From Selaginella moellendorffii (Eukaryota; Plantae; Lycopodiophyta): 64,000 nt of DNA. Made by a program: the position numbers and the translations under genes. Below the pieces are notes generated by a model. It was not told where the DNA came from, ran no database searches, and saw only the letters and a list, made by a program, of their open reading frames with translations. Of the stretch, positions 10,790 to 23,030 are shown one piece after another; position 1 is the first letter of the stretch; each line of letters begins with the position of its first letter. The stretch is from NCBI RefSeq assembly GCF_000143415.4, contig NW_003314267.1:2583839-2647838 (forward strand), read 5' to 3'.

Positions 10790-13700
10790 ATGGCCTTCAG
10801 GGTTGGGGAAAAGGTTTACATTTTGAATGGTGGGAAGAGAGTTGCAAAAGGGACCTTGTGTCTATGGATCGAAACTTTCTTATACACTGTCAAAGGCTTG
10901 GGGAAGGCAATGCTGGTGTATCAGTAGAGACTGTCTTCGATGGGAATGTGGTCGCTATTGAACGAGGAGAGATGGTCGTCGGGGTAAATGTTGTTGTTGC
11001 CTTGAAAAATCTTCAGAAGAAAGCAGATGTTAGGGACAGCGCAAGTGCGACGCATGTTCCCTCCGTGGATCTTAAGAACCGTGCTACATGGATTCAGGCA
11101 AAGGTGTTTCTAAACAACCCCGAGGGGGAGGTGGTAGCTGAGGGCTTAGCCACAGTTGTCGATCCAAGAGATGCGGTTGCTAATCAAGAATTGGGCTGGG
11201 ATGATATTGGAGTTGCGATTTTAGAGGTTGTTGACACAGAAGAAAACAGTCTGATTATTGGAAACATTGTGCGGTGGAAATTGAGGCACTTAGTGTTTGA
11301 GAATGTGAAGGATTCACAATCAAACACCACTACAACTGATGACAGAACATCTCTTCATGGGAAAAGAAAGTACACCTTCCTAAAGCGCAGCCAAAGGGAT
11401 CTGAGCAACGAACCGAAAAGGCAGAAAATGGCGATGGAGGTTCGAATGGTCTCGACAGTTGCTTGTTGCAAGAGGAGGTGCTGTCAACATGCTGATTGGG
11501 ATGCTATTGAAGAGGAGAGAGCAAGATACAAGACATTGTCCTGGAAGGCAGCTCGCAATTTTGTGTATGAGGCATTACGGTCATCTGTTGATGCTTCAGA
11601 ACATCAAGTGGGGGGCATGGTCTTCCAGAGGGGTTTGGTCTGCATGAAGGCATGGAGAATCATTTATGGAGTCCCTCGAACCACATTCTACAGAATCAAA
11701 ATTGAGTTCGAGGAACAAAGGGTTCAATAGGCAGTCCATGGGAACGACGGTACACACAAAACCAGGGGTCATGTTGTATATGGAGAGGCAATCTTCAAGA
11801 GGTTTGTCGAGACATGTAGCGAGCAGCAACCACATAAAACCCGCCTCTTGGAAGATGGAACACGAGACACCCAACGAGTTCTCCCTTCCATGTATACCAA
11901 GGGGGCCATATTGGAAGATGTGAATCGGGAACTCCAGAGTAATGGCTACAGGAAGCTGAGCCAATCTAGATTTAGTAGATTGTGGAGCAACAGATTCAGG
12001 GATGTGAGTATAGGAAAGTACTCCAGCTTTTCAAAGTGTGACGAGTGCACTGCTATCAAAATGGCTTTGTCGAAGAATTCTTGTAGCGCTCAAGAGCGAG
12101 AGACGTTGGTTACAAGGTGGTTCGACCACAATATCGAGCAGAGAAGCTGCAGGACTGCATATTATCATAACAGGATTCTCTCAATGGAGAGACCTGACTC
12201 TTACCTCTGCATCATCCACGACAAAATGGACCAGAAAAAGACGTGCTTACCTCGACTCAATCCTGCCCCCAAGGCAATCTCTTCATCCATGCAGCTGCCT
12301 GTGTCTCTGTTTGGCATAATCGCTCATGGGCATGGTGCCCAGAACTATGGGAACTTCTTTGTACCTCTATGGGGTGGCGGGGGTGCAAACATGATGATTG
12401 CGTCCCTAGCAAAACACTTAAGGTCTCTGCAAAGTGCACAGACTGAGCTGAACGGCCAACCCTTGCATAAGGCCCTTATCGATCGAACCCCATACAGGGT
12501 TCAGCTGGAGGAGGAGCAAAGGCTTGTAGTATCGCGTGGGGCCCCATGCCATCCCAGTGAATATGTTGGCCGTCAGATTGTAGGGTTATCACGTGAGGCC
12601 TCATGCCATTCCGACGAGGCTGGTCGCCCGGTGAATGCACAGCCTCATCCAAACGAAGTAGAATCTCAAGGAAGTTCTTGCGGCCGATGTGGCCTTCCAC
12701 CCCATCTTCTGCTCCAAACAGACAATGCTGGCAGTGAGAACAAAAACATGTACATCTTCGCGTACTTGGCGATGCTTGTTGCCAAAGGCATATTTGAAAC
12801 AGTTACACTTGGCTTTCTCATGGTTGCAAACATGATGATTGCGTCCCTAGCAAAACACTTAAGGTCTCTGCAAAGTGCGCAAACTGAGCTGAACGGCCAA
12901 CCCTTGCATAAGGCCCTTATCGATCGAACCCCATACAGGGTTCATCTGGAGGAGGAGCAAAGGCTTGCAGTATCGCGTGGGGCCCCATGCCATCCCAGTG
13001 AATATGTTGGCCGTCAGATTGTAGGGTTATCACGTGAGGCCTCATGCCATTCCGACGAGGCTAGTCGCCCGGTGAATGCACAGCCTCATCCAAACGAAGT
13101 AGAATCTCAAGGAAGTTCTTGCGGCCGATGTGGCCTTCCACCCCATCTGCTCCAAACAGACAATGCTAGCAGTGAGAACAAAAACATGTACGTCTTCGCG
13201 TACTTGGCGATACTTGTTGCCAAAGGCATATTTGAAACGGTTACACTTGGCTTTCTCATGGTTAGGCACACTCATGAAGACGTCGATGCCATGTTCAGTC
13301 ACCTGGCAGAGTCCCTCCGGCGATCCAATGTCCTCACCCTCCCACAACTCTACGATGAATTCCAAAATTGCATCAAAGGCACTGTTGAAGCTGCACTTGT
13401 GACAGAGGTTCCAGACTTTAAGGGGTTTGTAAGAGGCTACATCAGGGACGGATCCGAAACGCTGATTGGCCACTCCAAGCCTCTTCAATTTCATTTCAGC
13501 ATGCGTGACGGTGCTCCAGTGATGAGGTACAAGATGAGAGAATGGGACACAGTGTGGCTGCCAGTGGACGGCATTGAACTCTTCAAGAGAGATCCCATAA
13601 TTGGGGAACCTATGATTCCTTAGGGTTCCCCACGGCCGATGCACCCGGATGGACTCAAAGACCAGGAAAGTATAGTGGCCGGGATTAGACAGCATATTGC

Positions 13701-14295
13701 CTTCTGGAAGAGGGGGTTGGTGTTTGGTGGAGAATCCTATTTTAAGAGGTGCAAGCCTTTGCTCGAATACTGGGAGAAGATTATATCTGCTATCCAAAAT
13801 GGGCCGGTTGTATATGAAGAATTGGAAGAGTCCTTTTGGCCAGAACCCAGAGCACCAGATAGTAGCGGAACAATGTCCTCTGGAAATGCAGTGACAGATA
13901 ACGATGTTGAGGATCACTATTGTGGGCCGAGGAACAAGAAGCCGGATTCAACATTCAATCCAGTACAGGTCTGCAAAGGAATGGTCGTGCTTGTCAGACC
14001 CAGTAATAAAAAACAAATGATATGGGTGGGGCGCTGCATCACTGATGCAGAGGAGGACGCGGAAACTAATTCCTTCAATGTAACTGTGGAGTGGTTCAAG
14101 CCAAGTTCCGGATATACGAAGGATTGCCTAGAAAAGAGATGGGTGCTGAATCCAAGGGATCCCAGCATGAGCATATCGGTGGATAATGTTGTGCATGGTT
14201 GGATGCGGAAGCATAGTGCCACCATCACCTTGCCAGACCATGCAAGAGATGCAGCAAGAGCATTCATAACCCGGGTTCAAGGTGAGATTCATTAA
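10790..14295 (+). pseudogene. Sola-like DDD transposase (disrupted)
   Basis: ORFs 10717-11730, 11848-13623 and 13639-14295 share one frame, separated only by TAG at 11728 and 13621; probable frameshift near 10855. Motifs: CCKRRCC, VCMKAWRIIYG, HGN, CDEC, IIHDKMDQ, LQTDNAGSENKN, FLMV(G/R)HTHEDVDAMFS. Confidence 0.85.
12384..13262 (+). repeat. In-frame tandem duplication (441 + 438 bp) within the transposase
   Basis: ANMMIASLAKH...TLGFLMV occurs twice, near-identical, starting at 12384 and 12825. Confidence 0.95.
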
Positions 14296-15063
14296 TATTC
14301 CTTTACTAAGTTTCTAATGTATTTTATTTCAAGGTGAACAATCCAAATCTGAATCAGAGGAGGCGTGATGGCATGGCGTGATGGCGTGAGGCGTGACACC
14401 AAAAAGGAGGTGTCCACTAGCGCTTAGGCTTATAATGGCGTGTGCCCTCATGCCATTTACTTGATCACCAAATACCTTTTTCCCTTTGCACTAGTATATC
14501 TTAATACCGGTTTGAGAAATAGAATGGCATGTGCCCTCAGGCCTTTTACTAAATCACCTTTGAAAGAAATGCAAGCCTCTATGTCATAAAAAAAAGGTAC
14601 TAGAGAAATTCCTTAATAATATGAATGTTATTTAGTTTCATGAAAATACACTAAGGGTCAAATGAGTTAAATGACTTCTCTAGACTAGCAATGCCTCTTG
14701 CTACACCTTCACAATTAGAATCGTTAGAAAAAGATAACATTGAATAATATCTAAATGTTCTCACCATTAAGTTATATGTCTAGCTAATAGGAATGACGTT
14801 CATCTTGGAAAGCTCACCACATGCTCAATGAACAAACAAATAGTGTGTGTGCGCATGCCATCGCTCTTCTTTAGCTTCAGATTTGGCTTGTTCACCTTGA
14901 CAATGAGATTTATTATACAACCAGATGGACTCAGTCTGGACACAAAGTCACCGCGCTAGTCACCATGCCCCAGATATGTCTAGCCCCTGGACAAAAAATA
15001 TATAATTTCATGTCATTTTCAAATACTTGAAAATTTGTACCTAGTCCCATTTTACTGAATAAA

Positions 15064-15087
15064 TCCCACTTTAACGAAATAGAGCTT
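15064..15087 (-). repeat. Right terminal inverted repeat
   Basis: TCCCACTTTAACGAAATAGAGCTT followed by TSD CTTG. Confidence 0.95.
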
Positions 15088-15091
15088 CTTG

Positions 15092-18000
15092 CTGCAATAC
15101 CTGATACAATCCTTTCCACTAAGCAAGGAGCCCCTTAGAGAAACCACGTATCGTAAGATGGGGAAAACGGACTAACACCAAGTTATCCACTTTGTACTCC
15201 ACAGGTGGAGGATGATGGGAGTTGTAGCACCGTTGTTGTCCCACTTGTATACGACCCAAGTGTTCGGCAGACTCTACTTAGACAAGTGGAAGAATGCTCG
15301 TCAAATATTGATCCCACGACCTAGCATCGGCAGCTTGTGGCAATTGCGAAGGTAAACCCAGCTCCGTTGGTAATATTGGATCATGACTATATAAGAGTTT
15401 ATATGGTGAAGCATCAACAGAACTCTGCACCCCTATGACATATGCATACCAAAGAAACGGCAAATAACCATTCCAATCTAAATGCTGAAAATTCACATAT
15501 TTCACGATCATCCCTTTGAACATTCGAATGAGCCATTCCACTAATCTGTCTGATTGTGGATGATAAGCACTTGTAAAAGTGTGGCATATCCCCAACCAAG
15601 ATGTCAAAACATGAAATGCCTCAGCCATAAATGCGGGACCATTATCCGAAAGAATCCACTCTTGACAAGAATGCTGGAACACCACTTGATTGAGGAGGAA
15701 GTATCCAACAGTAGTTGCAGAGGCACTAGCAAGAGCACCAACCTCCACCCAACAAATCAAGTAATTAGAAGCAATAATAACATACTCATTGCCAGCAATC
15801 GACCATGGAAAAGGTCCCATAAGATCAAACGCCACCAATTCAAACGGATGGGAAATTATAATTGACTCCAACCGTCCTTCCGCGGTACGAGGGGGAGTAT
15901 TACGAGCTTGGCACCAAACACAACTACGCACATAACGGATAATATCACGTTGCATCTCCGGCCAATAGAAAGACCTACGCAGCTTCTTAGTCACACGACG
16001 ATGTCCCATATGCCCACCTAGAACAGAAGAATAATAGTAGGCATGGAGAAACTGCGGAATAAAGACAAAAGGCACCACCAACCGTAAATGATCATCAGAA
16101 TCTATCCCCACAAAATAAAGAAGGCCAATTTTAAGGCAATATTGAGAATGTAAATGCCGGAAAGGCAAGTCATTCGCAAGTGATGCAGGATTCTCAAACC
16201 CATCTTGAAGCCTCTGAATCCATGGCTCAATCTTTTGAGCCTTGCGAACCTCATCAAGAGAAGGTAGATTTTGCTTTGCGCCTTGTGAACACTGAACATC
16301 AAATACAGCAACCACTAACGGCACATAAACCTTGTCTAGAAAATCCACAGATGCTAGAACAACAAACTCATCAGAAACCTGAGAAGAGAGTGGAGAAGGA
16401 AGAGGAGCTCAAGAAAGGGCATCAGCCATAGCACTCCTTGGGTGATGAACAACATCAAAAAATCATATATATGAAGTTTCAAAGCCTACTGAGCAGTATG
16501 ACCAACTAAGTTCTTCCGCTTCAATAATGAAGTAACGGTAGCATGGTCACCTTCAAGTAATGTCCAAGAACCATGTAGATATACATGAAGTTTCTCGAAA
16601 CCCCAGACTGCTGCTAAACACTCTTTCTTTATTGTGGAGTAGTTCACCTTCATTGGTTGTAATATACAGCTTATATATGCAATGGGATGGTGCTAATCAG
16701 GCACACTCGGGCTCTTTTGCATCAACACACCTCCAAGACCAATGTTAGAAACATCCACACGCAAAACAAATGGTTGAATATAGTCAGGATACGCTAAAAC
16801 CGGAGGAGTTGTCAATAGCTCTTTGAGATCCACAAATGCTTGCTCACAATCACGAGACCAGATGAAAGATGATGTTGATGACTTTAGCAACGCTCACAAC
16901 TCACATCATTCACACACTTCGGAGTAGGGAACTTTATAACAGCCACAAATTTGTCAGGATCAACTTGCAAATCCTCACGAGAAATAATCCAAGGACGTGT
17001 TTGTGTCCTTGGACCCAAACATGCACTTCAATCACTTCAGCTTTAAACCAACGTCCCGTAGCTTATCCAACACTTTACAAATATCACAAATGTGCTCCTC
17101 CCATATCCCCTCTGAGTGGATCAAGACATTATTAATGAAGTCAGCAGTCACCTCCGGCATATTGCAAAGAACCTCGTCCATCATCTGCTGGAAAGTTGCT
17201 GAAGCATTGTTCAAACCAAACGGCATCACCAAGAACTCGTACAAACCAAATGGTGTACGAAAAGCAGTCTTAAGAATATCTTCTTCGGCCATCGGTACTT
17301 GCCAGTACCCAAAAGCAAGATCTAGCTTAGTGAACTAATGAATTCACCCCACACGATCCAAGAGATCAGCAACGTGAGGAAGAGGGTACACATCCAGGAT
17401 CATCACTTTATTTAATGGACAATAGTAAATGAAGAAATAAATATTCCCATTAGGCTTCGTCACAAGATGAGGTTTACATGCCCAAGGACTCCATGACTTT
17501 TGAATAACACCCTTCTCTAACATCTCCTTGACATTTTCCCGTAAAATCTTGATTTCTTTGGGTGACCGACAATGAACAGGAATGTTGATTAGACAAGCAT
17601 CCAGGGTTGGAATCGGATGATGTGTGGCAATCTTGGCCCCAGACGATAGGTCAAATTCAAAGAGATCAGAATACTCCTTCATAAGCCGATCAATTGCTAC
17701 AACACAAAGATTGTCAGAGGGATTGAAAAAGGGAAGAGCAGAACAAGACAAAAACATAGAAGGAAATAGTGGGGGAACAAAAGTAATAGAAGCAGAGGTG
17801 GAAGTAAAAGGACAAAGAGGTACAGAAGTGAGAGGAATGGATGAAATATAAAGAAGTATGAGACAAAGGGGAGAAGCCTCAAAGTCACACTTGGCATGAT
17901 TGTGCTGCAACTAATCCATACCAAGGATGAGGTCAAAAGCTTGACTCGACACCACCCACAATAATTGCAACTCAAGCTTGAGATCGCCCACACGCACAAC

Positions 18001-19230
18001 TAGGTCCACCTCATGCCGTGCATATGCATGTGTATGGCCATTGCCATAAAGAATGAAAATTGGTTCTGCCGCACGACGCAAGTGTAGACGGCAATGTGTG
18101 GCAACAAGTCAAGCAATAGAAATAAACTCGAGCCTATATCAACCATCACAGAGAGAATAATAGGAAACCTCATGTTATAAAAATGTGTTTGGAAAGTAAA
18201 CACTGGATGAACCAGTGCCAAGTGAACCCCTTGATGATACTCCCAAAAGAAAGATGAGAGGTCACTAACTTATTCGAGCAAGGTCCCTCCGTTACTCACG
18301 CAACTCCTTATTTCTTAAATGCATCTCAGTGTCCAAACCTTCCATTGCAGCAGCACCAACATGACATTGTTGACGCAAAGGTCTCCACCCAGGAAATGGA
18401 GGTCGCCAATCTAGAGAACACCCATAATGCCGATAAGTATGATCAACTTCATCACATACCCAGTAGTGAATATCACAGCCATGACCACGTCCTCACCCTT
18501 GTCCTTGGACTCGAGCAACAGTAGCATCAACCTCCATTGGAACAGGACCATCGCAAATAGGAAGGGGAGCGGAAGGACGTGCAGCGAAAAGTGGAAGAGG
18601 CAACGTCTCATAACATTGTTCCAAGCGAAGAGTATCGTCAAAGGTGGCAGGAGAAAGTGCATGCCCAAGTTCGACAAGATCTTGACAAAGTGTTGGCCAC
18701 AACATTTTTAGCTTGATCCACTCCAACATATTTGGCTCTACATGAAGCAAAAAACTTCGGAAACGAATACTAAATTGCCTCACCGACTCAGATGGCCCTT
18801 GGCAAAAATGATGCAATTGTTAGAAGGCATAATCACAATTGTCGGCATATCCAAATGTGTGTTTGAAGACATCTGGGAGAACACTTCAATCCCCACGAGT
18901 GGCTATGCTCAAACCATTGTACGATTGCAATGTTGTCCCTTGGAGACATGTGGGAAACTCATGCAAATGTCAAGCATCATCCCAAGAATGATATATGGCA
19001 ATCACCGTGAAGTGATCGAACCAATGGTACACATCATCCCCAGGATTCCCACAAAAGAACTCCAGCCGAATGCGAGGATTGGCACCAAGAGCAGGAGGAG
19101 TTGTACCATATGCCGTGAACGCTGCTATTAATTGAGTTTGGTTGTTCAATTGCAAGTGCATAACATCAAGCAATTGTACCAACTGTTGCTCCAAAGTCAA
19201 AGGAGGAGATTCCTGATCTGCCATGAAGAT
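15092..19230 (-). pseudogene. Disrupted gag-pol of family A copy 2 (gag, protease, RT, RNase H, integrase)
   Basis: RT: KTAFRTPFGLYEFLVMPFGLNNA (17032-17292). RNase H: PPVLAYPDY...VDVSNIGLGGVLMQ. Integrase: GHMG...CVWCQ, DLMGP, SDNG, AYHPQS. The integrase tail continues at 2636-2824. Confidence 0.92.
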
Positions 19231-19449
19231 GAATGAAAAGGAAAGAGCAAAATAAGAGAAATGATAAAAAAAATAAGCTAGAAGGAAATGGAGATCTAGA
19301 TAATGCAAAAAGCTAAATCTAAACCAAAATCCTGAAAGGAAAGAACAAAAGAAAGGAAATGGAAAAACTAGATCTAGACGATGCAAAAGCTAAATCTAAA
19401 CCAAAATCTCAAATCCAATCACTCCTCAGGGACAATCAACAGTGCCCTT

Positions 19450-19460
19450 CATCTCCACCA
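19450..19460 (-). promoter_or_regulatory. Primer-binding site complementary to the tRNA-Ala 3' end
   Basis: TGGTGGAGATG, 1 nt inside the 5' LTR; the same site occurs at 47337-47347. Confidence 0.75.
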
Positions 19461-19847
19461 ATATGAGTGTATAGAATATGGAAAGGGAATACAGAAAATG
19501 TGCATCTCAATTAGCCTAAAATCCTTAGCTTATATATAGGAGTGAGTGGTCCGGATTGAAACTAATTCAATGGCTACTAAAATCCCATTACGTTAATATT
19601 AATATACAGACAATAGTATAAATAGAAAACTTATATGCTTAGATTATATAAGTAATGTTGGTGAATAGTTTCCCTTTAAGAAATGATAATTTAGGGAAAG
19701 AAGTATATTGTAGCTGTACACTTGGCCCTCACAACATGGAACACAATTTTATATACTATATATTAGTTCATTCTTTAAAAGATTCACAAACTCTTAGTTT
19801 AGATTTAGTAGAACTTAATTTAAAATTAACTACTTAAAGTCCTTTAA

Positions 19848-20443
19848 GAATATTTATTATAATTTAGAAAATATAAATTTCACATTTCTAAGTTTTATTA
19901 AAATGTTAAATAAATAAATAGAAATATTAAATCCATCTCTAAAAATATAGCAATCAGTCTTGACATGATATAAAGTGTTATAAATATTTATATACAAATA
20001 TTTAGATAATTTTTTTTTCATAAAACTCATATTGTGAGTGCATGTCGCAAATGTAACTTTGGGTATCAAAAATTATTTGTTGGCTAGTCCTTTCAGATAT
20101 TTTGTCTTTACTGTCATAACGGCAAAAAGTCAATATTGCTTGTCCCTTTTTTAGTCTCTTCAGAAGCTAGTTCAGAAACTAGCTTAGGCAGAGACTAAAA
20201 ATGGGATAAGCAATAACTTGTGATACCCAAAGTTACATTTGTGACATGCACTCACAGTATGAGTTTTATGAAAAAAATAAAATTATCTAAATATGTGTAT
20301 ATAAAAATTTATAACACTTTATATCATGTCAAGGCTGATTGCTATATTTTTAGTGATGGATTTAATATTTCTGTTTATTTATTTTACATTTTAATAAAAC
20401 TTAGAAATATGAAATTTATATTTCTAAATTATAATAAATATTC
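19848..20443. repeat. AT-rich fold-back with ~225-bp inverted arms and an internal hairpin
   Basis: 19848-20070 is reverse-complementary to ~20220-20443, which explains the mirror-image ORFs 19857-20069(-) and 20220-20462(+). Inner hairpin at ~20135-20214. Confidence 0.85.
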
Positions 20444-20446
20444 ATT

Positions 20447-20780
20447 GACTTGCACTTGCTAGTGTTAGGAACCCTTACAATATTGAGTTTAGTCCCTCAA
20501 TATTCGTCAAATGATAGCTTACTATGTCTAACAAACACCCTCACTATTATATATCTTGTATTAATCCTATTTGGTCCCAATTACTATTTATAGAAAGTGT
20601 CTAGATTTGTTAATTTGGCATATTGACAGAATGTAGAGATTGTCTTGAACATAATAGTGTTCGTCCCGTGTCCAAATTCACAATCTAGTGCCATTCCATA
20701 ATTAATAAGTTTTAAATTAGTCCCAGAGACTAACTCCTGGTACTAAAAAAGGCTAAGGGTGAAAGCCCAAAGCATGCATT
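20447..20780 (-). repeat. Family C LTR fragment
   Basis: Reverse complement of ~8465-8793. Confidence 0.8.
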
Positions 20781-20799
20781 CTTGAAAGCCCTCATGCAA

Positions 20800-23030
20800 G
20801 ATGATCTGATGTTGAATTCTTGTTCTTCTTGAGATTGGACTTTTTTGAGGAACACTGCCAGCTGTGTGGGGAAGAGGAACCAAGGGGGACTTTCATCCAG
20901 TTCAGCAGTTGAAGAGGCTTTGGAGGATATTAACACTATAGACACCCCCAAGAAAGTTTGTCTCCTTGCCAAAAGGTTCCAACAGCTCTAGAGAAATTCC
21001 CTTGCTTGCTAAAAGCTGAAAAACTTACCGCCCTAGCACTATTTTCTTCACTTTTCCCTGGTAGCCAACATCTTTACTTTCTTCAAAGAAGGCTTCTTTT
21101 CCCTTGCTAATGTCTCCTGCTACTTACCCAAGCTTAGAGGTCATGGTTCTGTTTGGAACTTCTTTTCTTCCATCTGGAGGGGCATGGTCACTACTTTCTT
21201 CATGCAAGACTTCTTTTCTCCTGATTAACGACCTCCTCCACCAACGACACTCCAGCAGTAGACTCAGTCTCTTTATGTTTCTGGGAGTTGCTTTCTTAAT
21301 TGATGACCTCTTTTTCATGATTCCCTGGCTCAAAATGTGGCAACAAGGACCCTATTTCTTGATCATAACACCATGACATGGCTCCCTTAGTGATGGTAGC
21401 AGACAAGAGTGGACAACGTGCCTGGGTGCCTGTCCATTTGTATATTCAGCAATTCTTCTCAAATGAGAGGTGTTGCTCCCCAAAGTCGATGGAGTTATTG
21501 CCTAATTGCTCCAATGTCTCTACTCATCTATGGCTCCCATGTCTAGCACCAAAAATATTCTGCTGATTGTGTACCCTCCAGACACAAATGAGCAATGAGC
21601 TCTCTATGTGGCCTTGATCAGCCCCCCTGTTAGCAATTTCCACTTATAACAGCTGGTCCATATCCTTGGCTGACAACTTCAATTTCCCCAGGGATTTTTT
21701 GTGGATAAAAGTATGTGTGAGGTCAATGAGCACAAATGCCAGTCACTGGCCCACACTCCTTTGTATTCAGACACAATCTAGTCCTGCTTTTTCCCATATA
21801 AGCCAACAAGAAAACTATCCCACGTTGGTAGGCTGAAGTTAAGATTGCCATTTCTGATTGAGGCTCTGAGAGCTCTTTTAGTGGTTGTTGGACCTCCATG
21901 ATAAATACCTCCCACTCATCATCAACCTCGTCCAACTCACAAGGGGAAAGATCTCCTTATTCATTAACTTGGAGTTGTCACCCTAGCCCTTGGGTTGGTG
22001 GGTGATTGCAAATCTCTTTATAGCCCTGGCCACCATAGACAATTTTCCAAGGTGTAAATCTTGGCTCGATCACCCTAGGGAACAAACTTCAATTGCTTGG
22101 TTTGCATTGTTGGACGAGCTGGAGGAGCCGCTGCTAGTGTTGGCTTAAACTGAGAGTCTCCACCATCTCATCTAGCCCAGTCAGACCTAGTCTCCAAATC
22201 ACATAACTTCATGTCTATATGCAGAGCATATGACATAGCTTGATGGACTGACATTGGGCTCATCTGAGCAATATCCACCACCATTGATGTCAGGAGGGAA
22301 GCTATGTATTTCTGTGTAACTGTTTCCTCAGGAATGTTGTTGACTGCATAGTGAGCTTGCAACCACTGTTTGTTGAATTCTTGCAACATTTGAGCTTTGG
22401 TCAGTACGTGATGTTGCAAACCTTGTTAAAAGGTAACTCACCCACAATGACAATAATGAACTCCTTCCCAATCTGGAAAAGTGTTTGCTCTTTCCAAGCT
22501 AAAGAACCATTCTGAAGCTAGTCCCTTGAGATGCAAAGCCACAAATGGAACATTATATTCCCCTGGATGTCCCCTATAGTTGAACTAGCACTTGAATCTC
22601 TACAGCCAATCAGTTCCAAGCATTGACACATGGGACTGGGACAAAGGTGGCACCATTGCAGCCGAAATTGCTACCACTGAGAACTAAACAGAGCCGGTGA
22701 GAATAGCCCATTCCACTATGGTAAAGTTGTCATAAATGTTCCTAAGGTGGTTGGCAGAAGTGTCCATTGGGATGAGGTGGCTGATGATGGAGGAGGCTAC
22801 AATGGTATTCTTGAAGTCACAGACACAGGAATTCCCCATGACTCCATAAGCAAGACCTTCCTGGTTCTGTGTAGGGCTCCAGTGGTGAATGAGGATCTTG
22901 GTTTTATATGGCATTGCGTTTGGGTGGTTTTATACATGTGTATGTGGCGACTCTTGACGGTTGATGAGGATGGGTGATGTGGCTTTAGTGATGTGGACCT
23001 TGTTCTTCCCGACAAGGCTGACACTCTATC
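20800..23030 (-). pseudogene. Highly degenerate LTR-retrotransposon gag/protease region
   Basis: Gag-like fragments LHLKGLASEWF (~22510-22540) and TQKYIASLLTSMVVDIAQMSPMSVHQAMSYALHID (22168-22419). Confidence 0.55.

Larger units (their letters stand above)
2825..15087 (+). mobile_element. 12.26-kb TIR DNA transposon, Sola-like DDD transposase, with an accessory gene
   Basis: Perfect 24-bp TIR AAGCTCTATTTCGTTAAAGTGGGA at 2825-2848, reverse complement at 15064-15087. TSD CTTG at 2821-2824 and 15088-15091. Removing the element restores the gypsy integrase frame WKGLYQVLQQ|VGPQVYEV. Transposase at 10790-14295. Confidence 0.93.
2428..19733 (-). mobile_element. Full-length Ty3/gypsy element, family A copy 2 (~5 kb excluding the nested DNA transposon)
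   Basis: 3' LTR 2428-2603, polypurine tract 2604-2618 (minus), PBS 19450-19460, 5' LTR 19462-19733 with a ~97-bp insertion. Identical 4-bp flanks ACAT at 2424-2427 and 19734-19737. Domain order gag-PR-RT-RH-INT. Confidence 0.93.

Noticed and set aside
3198-14455. The 20-bp palindromes as CRISPR repeats or integron attC-like cassette sites
   Set aside because: Spacing is irregular (36 bp to >1.8 kb), the context is eukaryotic, and no cas or tyrosine recombinase gene is recognisable.
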